This document shows positions 1 to 6,673 of a DNA stretch of 12,537 nt, piece by piece. The notes beneath the pieces were generated by a model. The model searched no databases and had not been told where the DNA came from. It saw only the letters and a list, made by a program, of their open reading frames with translations. This DNA is from Promethearchaeia archaeon (GTDB lineage Archaea > Asgardarchaeota > Lokiarchaeia > Sigyniarchaeales > SOKP01). Position numbers and translations under genes: made by a program. Location of the stretch: positions 1 to 12,537 of the forward strand of contig JAHQWH010000236.1 in the NCBI GenBank assembly GCA_029856105.1, written 5' to 3'. Each line of letters starts with the position of its first letter. Position 1 is the first letter of the stretch.

Positions 1-644
1 TTACTTTTTCTTTTCATTAACAAAAACTTAAGGTGGTTTATTTTATCCGTTCGTTCAATTTTGATAGAATTTTTTACCCAATATTCCATAACATTACCTC
101 CGCGTTCCACTTCATAAGTTTGGCCCTCTTGAGTTTTTCTGCTAAGTTCATTTACAATTAAAACATCAATGTGATATTTTTTATTTAAAAAAGTTAAATT
201 AGCTAGCATTTGATTTAACTTATAATTCAGGATGAAATTTTTTCCTTTTTTATCTCGTTGTAATTCTAATCCATATAAATCGGTTATTGAATCAACTATA
301 ACTAAATTGAAAGTTCTATCACCGTTTTTTAAATCATCAATAATAATAAATTCTAAATTAAAAACAAGGTTATATAAATCTTCAAAAGATGTTGGCTTAC
401 TAAACAAGATATTATTCAATACTTCATTTAAATCGTTTTCAATAACAGAATCAATTTTGATGTAAGGGAAATTTGGTTTGCTATATATATAAATTACCTT
501 AAAGCCACTTAACGCGTTATTATAAGCTGTTTGGAGCGATAAAGTAGTCTTACCAACGCCAAGATCACCCCATAATGAAGTGATTCCCTCGAAGGTATCA
601 ATGGAATTAAAGAAATCATTTATTTGTTTAATAGGAAAATTCAT
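1..644 (-). CDS. RadB-like RecA/Rad51-fold P-loop ATPase (3' end truncated by window edge; not in the ORF track)
   Basis: Manual translation from ATG at 644: MNFPIKQINDFFNSIDTFEGITSLWGDLGVGKTTLSLQTAYNNALSGFKVIYIYSKPNF...FNLVIVDSITDLYGLEL...VLIVNE...ERGGNVMEYWVKNSIKIERTDKINHLKFLLMKRKS, with no stop before base 1. Walker A GDLGVGKT (546-569), Walker B LVIVDS (288-305), GGNVMEYW (78-101) matching the RadA/RadB GG-x-x-L-x-H/Y-W segment. No N-terminal HhH domain, so RadB/aRadC-like rather than RadA. Confidence 0.85.
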   Translation of the reverse strand, partial: MNFPIKQINDFFNSIDTFEGITSLWGDLGVGKTTLSLQTAYNNALSGFKVIYIYSKPNFPYIKIDSVIENDLNEVLNNILFSKPTSFEDLYNLVFNLEFIIIDDLKNGDRTFNLVIVDSITDLYGLELQRDKKGKNFILNYKLNQMLANLTFLNKKYHIDVLIVNELSRKTQEGQTYEVERGGNVMEYWVKNSIKIERTDKINHLKFLLMKRKS

Positions 645-686
645 AATTAAAAATTTTTAATTAAATCTTTAATTTATATTAATAAT
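644..686. promoter_or_regulatory. Divergent AT-rich promoter region containing a perfect 20-bp palindrome
   Basis: 42-bp spacer between head-to-head starts (644 minus, 687 plus). TAATTAAAAATTTTTAATTA at 644-663 is a perfect palindrome. TATA-like tracts lie ~22-34 nt upstream of each start (TTTAATTAAA 656-665 plus; TATAAATTAAA 678-668 minus), consistent with overlapping leaderless promoters. Confidence 0.5.
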
Positions 687-1538
687 TTGAGAAATAAACC
701 TTTATATATATTAACAGAGAATCTAAACTTTTTCTATAAAATAAATAAAAGATTAATTGAAAAAAGAATTAAAGCTGAAATATTAAATCCGGGAAATAAA
801 ATTCCAAACACTCCATCCATTATCTTAACTACGCGGGATGAGTTTGAAAAGTATTATAATAAAGATCTTATGGTAAATTTTCTTGTATATTCGAAAGGCG
901 AGAATTTCGAGCTATATCTACTAAGAGTAATTGCGGCTTATCGTGTAGAATATAAAAATAATTACTTAAGTTTAACTTTTTCAATCGATCCAGGAAAAAA
1001 AATTGGATTGATGATTTTTTTAGATGATTTTTATTTAGATTCTTTTTGTTGCTATGAAAAAGACGAGTTATTGGTAGCTATAAAGAAGAATATTCATACT
1101 TTTCAAGATAGTAACCCAAATTTAATGGTATTAACTTTTAAATTGGGAATGGGGGTACCATCATTTACATATGAATTAATAGAAAACATTTTTAAATTTT
1201 TACACGGGAGAAAGAATGTTAAAATATTTTTAATTAATGAATACAAATCCTCGAAAATGAGAATAATTAAAAAACAAAAAGAACGAAATTTTTCTAAAGA
1301 TGAGATCTCAGCATTAATTTTAGCATTTAGAAAAGGTATTGAAGTAAACGAGAAAAATTACGATTCGATTTATCAACAAAAAGGAATAAATAAATTACAA
1401 AATGAAGGGGAATTCAAAAGGGATTATGAAAAGATTGACGATATTATAAATACTTTAGGTGAAATTGCTGAAAAAGTGTTACGCGGTGAAATTTCACTTA
1501 AAGAATCTACTCGATTGATTAATGAAATAAGAAATTGA
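687..1538 (+). CDS. Putative YqgF/RuvX-like RNase H-fold nuclease with N- and C-terminal extensions
   Basis: TTG start, 283 aa. Motifs in YqgF order: SIDPGKKIG (D101), KLGMG, FLINEYKSS (E185; cf. VDERLSS), DEISALILA (D205; cf. DxxAAxxIL). C-terminal IAEKVLRGEISLKES helical motif and ~95-aa N-terminal alpha/beta region. Confidence 0.7.
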   Translation: MRNKPLYILTENLNFFYKINKRLIEKRIKAEILNPGNKIPNTPSIILTTRDEFEKYYNKDLMVNFLVYSKGENFELYLLRVIAAYRVEYKNNYLSLTFSIDPGKKIGLMIFLDDFYLDSFCCYEKDELLVAIKKNIHTFQDSNPNLMVLTFKLGMGVPSFTYELIENIFKFLHGRKNVKIFLINEYKSSKMRIIKKQKERNFSKDEISALILAFRKGIEVNEKNYDSIYQQKGINKLQNEGEFKRDYEKIDDIINTLGEIAEKVLRGEISLKESTRLINEIRN

Positions 1539-1651
1539 TAGTTATATCTGAAAAATTTAATAATTTTGAATAATTTCATCAAATTACTGTTTTAAAAAGA
1601 TTTAAAAAATTATTTCTATCTATATCACTTGGAACTTTGGGGATACTGTAA

Positions 1652-2743
1652 TTGAGAAGATTTAAAACTATCGATATACTGCGCGGATTAAGCATGGTGC
1701 ATATGATCGTAGGGCATATGACTGAATGGTACCTTACTCAAGAGGGCATGTGGTTCTTTGATATATATAGAGCGATTGCAGATCCATTAGGATCGGGAGC
1801 CTTTTTATTTCTTTCTGGAGTAAGTGCAATTTTATCGTATAGAAGCAGAACTAAAAAAACTGAAATATCGAAATCTTACAGTAAAAAAACACTAAGAAAC
1901 GAGTATTTCTCTCGAGCTTTTTTTATTTTAATAATTGCTTTGCTTTACAACACATTTGTTGCAGTAATGTTTCATGATCTATCTATTATATGGAACTGGT
2001 TTATTCTTCTTACTATTTCAATTTCACTTTTTATGAGTTGGCCTTTGTTTAAAACATCGAAGCTATTTAGAATCTGTTTTGGAATAAGTTTATGGATTCT
2101 AAACCAAATTTTAGTAACTTTTCTGTTGAAATATGTCGGTCAGAATAATTTTTTTGGCGTTATGTATTACGTATTGTACAATAACTTGGAATTAGACCCG
2201 GTATTATCGTTTTTTACGTTTTTTGTTATAGGTACTGTTATAGGAGATATTCTTTACGATTTATATTCAGACGATAACAAAATAGTTAATAGAGAGGAAT
2301 TCAAAAGAAAGTTTCTAATTCCTTCATTAATATCAGGAGTAATTTTGATAGTATTTGGGGTTATATTTCAATTTCCAAACTTTTTACATCATCGAACTTT
2401 TTCTTGGTTTTTTTATTCTTTAGGAATTGAATTAATAATTTTTGCGTTTATATTGGGAATAGAAGAAATTGGGATTCTTAATACTCAAAAAAGATACCGT
2501 TTTCTCTCCTATTTTTCCTTTTACTCCTTTACAATATACCTCTTACATAATTTCTTATATTTTCTATTTTTAGATAGTTTATATCCATTTAACATTTGGA
2601 TATATATGTCAGCAATAATATTTCTCATAGGATTTGCCTTAAGGAATATCTATAATAAATGGGGGTCTAATTTTTCCATAAAAGCACAAATAGGTAGGTT
2701 GAGCCTAGGAATTGCTAAATTAATCGATAATAGAAAAAATTAA
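1652..2743 (+). CDS. DUF1624 / heparan-alpha-glucosaminide N-acetyltransferase (HGSNAT)-like multi-pass membrane acyltransferase, paralogue 1
   Basis: N-terminal RFKTIDILRGLSMVHMIVGH (RxxxxDxxRG...M...H), FLFLSGVS, C-terminal YSFTIYLLH, about 9-10 hydrophobic segments; TTG start. Confidence 0.8.
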   Translation: MRRFKTIDILRGLSMVHMIVGHMTEWYLTQEGMWFFDIYRAIADPLGSGAFLFLSGVSAILSYRSRTKKTEISKSYSKKTLRNEYFSRAFFILIIALLYNTFVAVMFHDLSIIWNWFILLTISISLFMSWPLFKTSKLFRICFGISLWILNQILVTFLLKYVGQNNFFGVMYYVLYNNLELDPVLSFFTFFVIGTVIGDILYDLYSDDNKIVNREEFKRKFLIPSLISGVILIVFGVIFQFPNFLHHRTFSWFFYSLGIELIIFAFILGIEEIGILNTQKRYRFLSYFSFYSFTIYLLHNFLYFLFLDSLYPFNIWIYMSAIIFLIGFALRNIYNKWGSNFSIKAQIGRLSLGIAKLIDNRKN

Positions 2744-2747
2744 TTAG

Positions 2748-2766
2748 TTTAGAATTAAATTCTAAA
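2748..2766. promoter_or_regulatory. Perfect 9-1-9 inverted repeat, candidate operator
   Basis: TTTAGAATT-A-AATTCTAAA between the two acyltransferase genes, just upstream of AT-rich TATA-like sequence (2767-2781) preceding ATG 2803. Confidence 0.4.
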
Positions 2767-2802
2767 TATTAAAGTTTAATTCACGAATAATTTTTGAAAT
2801 TA

Positions 2803-3897
2803 ATGAAAAGGCTCAAAAGTATTGACATATTTCGCGGAATATGTATGGGTTGGATGTTTTTAGGTCATTTATTAGACTGGTGGCTTAAACCCGAATATTT
2901 TTCTTTAAAAGATTTTACTCATAGTATTTTGGATCCGATTGGGGCTTCTGGGTTTTTATTTATTTCAGGCGTAAGTATGGCTATATCGTATCGAGATCGA
3001 ATTTATAGAGTTGAGATATTGAATGAGCTAAGCTATTCGAGAGTAAAACAATCTTACTACTTTCGAGTATTATTTTTATTAATAATTGCTTTATGTTATA
3101 ATTTTGCTATAGCTCTTTCGATTGGTAACTTATCATGGATTTGGACATGGTTTGTATTAATGACTGCTGCCTTTTCCTTACTGATAACATGGCCATTATT
3201 TAAATTATCAAAAAAGACTAGAATTATTATTGGATTTTCGATTTGGATTATAAATCAATTTATTTATAATTTTTTATCCCCACATCAAGGTTTAACAACT
3301 CTACAAGGCGTCTTATATCACATTTTATATAACGATTTAGGTCAAGATACTTTTCTTAACTTCTTTCCCTTTTTTCTTTTTGGAACTATTATTGGAGATG
3401 TCTTATCTGAGATAAACTTCAACAAAAAACCACAAAACAGAAAAAATGAACTGAAAAAAAAATTGTTCTTACCAATGAGTATCTTTGGTTTATTGTTGAT
3501 TTTTTTTGGCTTAATATTTGATTTTCCAAGTTTTCTAATCAGAAGCAGTTTTTCTTGGTTGATTTATACGTTAGGTATCAATCTAATATTATTGTTAATA
3601 TTAATAACTCTTGAGGAATTTAACGTTTTTAAAACTAAAAGAAGTTACAGATTATTGTTTTACTTCTCTTATTATTCCTTTACCGTTTATTTAGGGCATA
3701 ATTTGATGTACTATATTTTTTTAAACAGCTTAAACCCATTGAGTATTTGGATAGCCGTTGTATTTTCTTTTATTTTGATTGGTTTGATATTAAGGCAAAT
3801 ATACAAAACCTGGGGTTGGAAGGCCTCATTAAAAGTAATATTAGGAAAAATAAGTTTTTATTTAGCAGGTAGAGTCGAGGAAAAAAATAAACGCTAA
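2803..3897 (+). CDS. DUF1624 / HGSNAT-like multi-pass membrane acyltransferase, paralogue 2
   Basis: MKRLKSIDIFRGICMGWMFLGH, FLFISGVS, YSFTVYLGH; collinear with paralogue 1 throughout. ATG 2803 is preferred over the track's TTG 2794 because it aligns with the paralogue 1 start (MKRLKSID vs MRRFKTID). Confidence 0.8.
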   Translation: MKRLKSIDIFRGICMGWMFLGHLLDWWLKPEYFSLKDFTHSILDPIGASGFLFISGVSMAISYRDRIYRVEILNELSYSRVKQSYYFRVLFLLIIALCYNFAIALSIGNLSWIWTWFVLMTAAFSLLITWPLFKLSKKTRIIIGFSIWIINQFIYNFLSPHQGLTTLQGVLYHILYNDLGQDTFLNFFPFFLFGTIIGDVLSEINFNKKPQNRKNELKKKLFLPMSIFGLLLIFFGLIFDFPSFLIRSSFSWLIYTLGINLILLLILITLEEFNVFKTKRSYRLLFYFSYYSFTVYLGHNLMYYIFLNSLNPLSIWIAVVFSFILIGLILRQIYKTWGWKASLKVILGKISFYLAGRVEEKNKR

Positions 3898-3922
3898 CTA
3901 CATGATAAAAAATTCATCTTGA

Positions 3923-4432
3923 CTATAAATTAGTTTTAGTACATCTTATTTCTACCGGATCTTTTTCGAAATTGTTAAAAGGATTATCAAAAGAAATGTA
4001 ATTTTTAAATATGTAATTAACGGCTTTAATATATCCGCCTTCAACTCCAACGGCAACAGCCCTATCTTTATCAAATATAAATATTACATCAATTAATGTT
4101 ACTTTTTTTTTTTCAATCAATTTTACATTATGAATATAAACATCGTCAAAAAAGCTGAAAACTAGCCTTATTAAAGTTGTTTCAGCCTGGATTATTGAAA
4201 TTTTTTTACCATTGAGCTCATATCTTAATTTTCTTAGAAAAAATTTAGCCATAAGAAAATCTCTTGGTTTTACAAAATAGAATACAAACGGATCTCTGAT
4301 AATTACAAATACCGGAACGATTTTTGTAATTTCAAAAAAGAATCTAAAAAACTTTAATTCTGTGTTAAAGAATTTCTTTTTTATGTTTACAATCTGACTA
4401 AAGTAAAGATAATCAACTAAAGAATTAGACAT
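3923..4432 (-). CDS. Divergent archaeal NusA-like (KH-KH) protein, paralogue
   Basis: Collinear with archaeal NusA: FFEITKIVP (FESxTGA), FVFYFVKP (IIFVVKK), LNGKKISIIQ (LGKKVEVVE), DRAVAVGVEGGYIK (DKGxAIGKNGxNI). No S1 domain or bacterial NTD; first KH GxxG loop absent. Confidence 0.75.
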   Translation of the reverse strand: MSNSLVDYLYFSQIVNIKKKFFNTELKFFRFFFEITKIVPVFVIIRDPFVFYFVKPRDFLMAKFFLRKLRYELNGKKISIIQAETTLIRLVFSFFDDVYIHNVKLIEKKKVTLIDVIFIFDKDRAVAVGVEGGYIKAVNYIFKNYISFDNPFNNFEKDPVEIRCTKTNL

Positions 4433-4457
4433 ATCACATTAAGTTTTTATTTTAAGA

Positions 4458-4471
4458 ATTTAAAATTCGAC
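4458..4471 (-). promoter_or_regulatory. Candidate BRE-TATA promoter of the nusA-like gene
   Basis: Minus strand GTCGAA-TTTTAAAT, with the TATA-like element 26-33 nt upstream of ATG 4432: typical spacing for a leaderless or short-leader archaeal transcript. Confidence 0.45.
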
Positions 4472-4553
4472 TTTTTTAAGAAATTCATAAAAATAATATT
4501 ATTATTTTCATCGTTATTACCAATTGATATTAAAATATTTTTATGTTGAAGAG

Positions 4554-5351
4554 ATGAAAGAACGCTTAGACATCCTATTAGTGGAAAGAAGATTAGTAGA
4601 AAGTAGAACAAAAGCACAGTGGTTAATAAAAAAGGGATATGTGTATGTAAACGATGTAATAAATACTAAACCGGGTAAAAAAGTTGAAAACTCTTCTAAC
4701 ATCCAATTAACGCGAAAATTTCCTTACGTTGGGCGGGGAGGACTTAAGTTAGAAGCTGCATTAGAGCGTTTTTCTATCTCAGTTAAAGGAAAAGTTTGCG
4801 CAGATATTGGAGCTTCAGTCGGAGGTTTTACAGATTGCTTATTGCAACATGGAGCGATTAAAATTTACGCAATTGATACTGCAACTGATATACTTCATCC
4901 TTCCTTAAAATGCAAGAATGAAAAAATCATCGAACTATTAGGAGTCGATGCTAGAAGTTTGAAAAGTTTACCCAATAAAGTAGACATTGTAACAATAGAC
5001 ATAACTTTCTCTTCGCTCAAGTCAGTACTACCTAACATCAGGAATTATTTAAAGAAAAATGGAGATATTGTTGTTTTAGTTAAACCTCTTTTTGAAACAA
5101 ACTTTCGTGAAGAAACAAAACTAAAAGTAATAAAAGATTCAGAAAATCTTTACCAAATTTTACTTAACTTAATGGAATGGAGTGTTGATAATTCATTCTT
5201 TCCTAAGGGGATAATAATTTCTCCTCTTTTAGGAAAAGGAGGGGCTGTTGAATTTCTGATCCATATTCAACTGGATAAGAAATACAATCTTAATTTTAGA
5301 GATTTAATTGAGGGAGTTCTTAGAGATGCGAAAGAAATTAACACCTACTAA
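4554..5351 (+). CDS. tlyA: TlyA-family rRNA (cytidine-2'-O)-methyltransferase (S4 domain + FtsJ/RrmJ-like domain)
   Basis: MKERLDILLVERRLVESRTKAQ (S4), YVGRGGLKL, DIGASVGGFTDCLLQHGA (SAM binding), TIDITFSSL, VKPLFE, SPLLGKGGAVEFL; K-D-K-E tetrad retained. ATG 4554 matches the canonical MKxRLD start better than the track's TTG 4524. Confidence 0.93.
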   Translation: MKERLDILLVERRLVESRTKAQWLIKKGYVYVNDVINTKPGKKVENSSNIQLTRKFPYVGRGGLKLEAALERFSISVKGKVCADIGASVGGFTDCLLQHGAIKIYAIDTATDILHPSLKCKNEKIIELLGVDARSLKSLPNKVDIVTIDITFSSLKSVLPNIRNYLKKNGDIVVLVKPLFETNFREETKLKVIKDSENLYQILLNLMEWSVDNSFFPKGIIISPLLGKGGAVEFLIHIQLDKKYNLNFRDLIEGVLRDAKEINTY

Positions 5352-6517
5352 TTATATGGATAATTTTTGAAAAGTTTTCCCCATTCTGATTTAAAGAAAT
5401 TATTTATTCTTTTCTTGCCAATTGTAGGGTACCATAGCATATCATGAAAGATTAAGGAACCTAAAATTGGAAAAGTAAAAAAAACTTTATTTTGTAATAA
5501 TGGATTTATAAACCGTAAGGATCCCTTTCTAACCATCTGGTCCCCCCAAATTACCAAACTGCGTTTTACTTTAAAGTTCCAATTTATCGTTGACACATCT
5601 TCTCCAATAATCTCAATATCTTCGAAGTCTCCACAACCCAACCCTTCTTCGTGTGCTAATTTTATAGCAGGTAGTTTCAAAGGCTCAAATCCTAACATTT
5701 TTGCTACAACGGCGTCAACTGCAACTTGATCGTACCCCGCAAGGAGATAATTTTTTATACGAGGAATCATAGTTCTTGGTCCCGCCCCATCTCCACACAC
5801 AGTTCCATCTACTACGGCCATAATGTTCGGGTGTATTTGTTTTTGAATTATTAACAAATCTACTAATACTTCAGACATAAATTGGTGACTAAAATGTCTA
5901 CGCTTGGTCAAAAGACCACCGAAGGCATTTTTCATAGAGCATGTTATACCCCCATGCTTCATTTCTTCTTTGGTTTGTTTTAATGAGCCTCCGATCGCCC
6001 CCGTATGACCGTGAGTTTTCATGGTTGGAAGGTGAATTATGGATTTCCCTACGTAAAATTCTGGAATTTTAAAACCTTCTGGAAATATTTTAGAATCAAG
6101 AACGTGTAACTGCCTATTTTTCAACGAATTAAACCTATGTCTTAACGATTCATATGGCACAAACGGAACCCTTGTTAACGGGACAAACCACGCCCCATAT
6201 CTCTTGATAATAGGACTCCACTTGTTTCCTTTTAGACCCTTTTCGATGTTCGTCACGACAGTTCTATTTTCAGCAGTAAAGATTTTTTTTGGATTATATC
6301 CATCTTCTACCATGGTTTTAAGGACTCCTTCCACTTGCCATGGTGGACTGGAACATGAAGGGAAAAATTTTGACCAACTTAAATTTAATTTTAAGATGGT
6401 TTTATTGTTTTTATCATAAAACTTTTCATATTCTGCTAAATGCATTAATTTTTTATAATCTTCCAAAACTGTATTTGGAGAAGTTTTTACCACAAAAATC
6501 TGAGATTTGCGAGACAT
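5348..6517 (-). CDS. DUF362 domain protein (putative Fe-S-associated enzyme)
   Basis: ILKLNLSW, HLPTMKTH, ITCSMKNAFGG, VVDGTVCGDGAGP, DQVAVDAVVAKMLGFEP. No fused CxxCxxC ferredoxin domain. Stop overlaps the convergent tlyA stop by 4 bp (5348-5351). Confidence 0.88.
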   Translation of the reverse strand: MSRKSQIFVVKTSPNTVLEDYKKLMHLAEYEKFYDKNNKTILKLNLSWSKFFPSCSSPPWQVEGVLKTMVEDGYNPKKIFTAENRTVVTNIEKGLKGNKWSPIIKRYGAWFVPLTRVPFVPYESLRHRFNSLKNRQLHVLDSKIFPEGFKIPEFYVGKSIIHLPTMKTHGHTGAIGGSLKQTKEEMKHGGITCSMKNAFGGLLTKRRHFSHQFMSEVLVDLLIIQKQIHPNIMAVVDGTVCGDGAGPRTMIPRIKNYLLAGYDQVAVDAVVAKMLGFEPLKLPAIKLAHEEGLGCGDFEDIEIIGEDVSTINWNFKVKRSLVIWGDQMVRKGSLRFINPLLQNKVFFTFPILGSLIFHDMLWYPTIGKKRINNFFKSEWGKLFKNYPYN

Positions 6518-6595
6518 AATTATTATAAAAAAAGTTCTATAATTTATTTTTTTTATGAATTTTCTAATATTTTCCTAAAGAAATAAGAAAAATTG

Positions 6596-6640
6596 AAAAA
6601 CAAAAAAATAGAATAGAGTTCTTTAAAAAAACAAAAAAAA
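6596..6640 (-). terminator. Twin oligo-dT tracts, candidate archaeal terminator of the ABC operon
   Basis: Minus strand reads T8-G-T7 (6640-6625) and T7-G-T5 (6608-6596), 33-77 nt downstream of the dppF-like stop. Confidence 0.5.
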
Positions 6641-6673
6641 TAATTAATCTAAAATTTATTCCATTCCTTTATA

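Noticed and set aside
1-3. TAA on the minus strand at 3-1 as the stop of the RadB-like gene
   Set aside because: Out of frame with ATG 644; the reading frame continues past the window edge.
232-465. 77-aa plus-strand ORF in the track
   Set aside because: Antisense shadow of the RadB-like gene, which has clear Walker motifs.
687-1538. RuvC-like DPG motif as TnpB/IscB/Cas12 or a transposase
   Set aside because: No zinc finger, terminal repeats, adjacent array or space for a guide RNA; motif order fits YqgF-like proteins better.
1536-1541. TGA stop as possible selenocysteine readthrough
   Set aside because: Immediately followed by in-frame TAG; no SECIS-like GC hairpin in the spacer.
4524-4553. 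TTG start extension of tlyA
   Set aside because: Family N-terminus matches ATG 4554; the upstream segment looks like promoter DNA.
4554-5351. Haemolysin/virulence interpretation of TlyA
   Set aside because: The sequence supports only the S4 + methyltransferase architecture; nothing in the context indicates a toxin role.
6204-6419. 71-aa plus-strand ORF
   Set aside because: Antisense to the DUF362 gene; no motifs.
6518-6673. Largest intergenic gap as ncRNA or CRISPR remnant
   Set aside because: Almost pure A/T tracts with no GC-rich stems or regularly spaced repeats; explained by terminator plus promoter.
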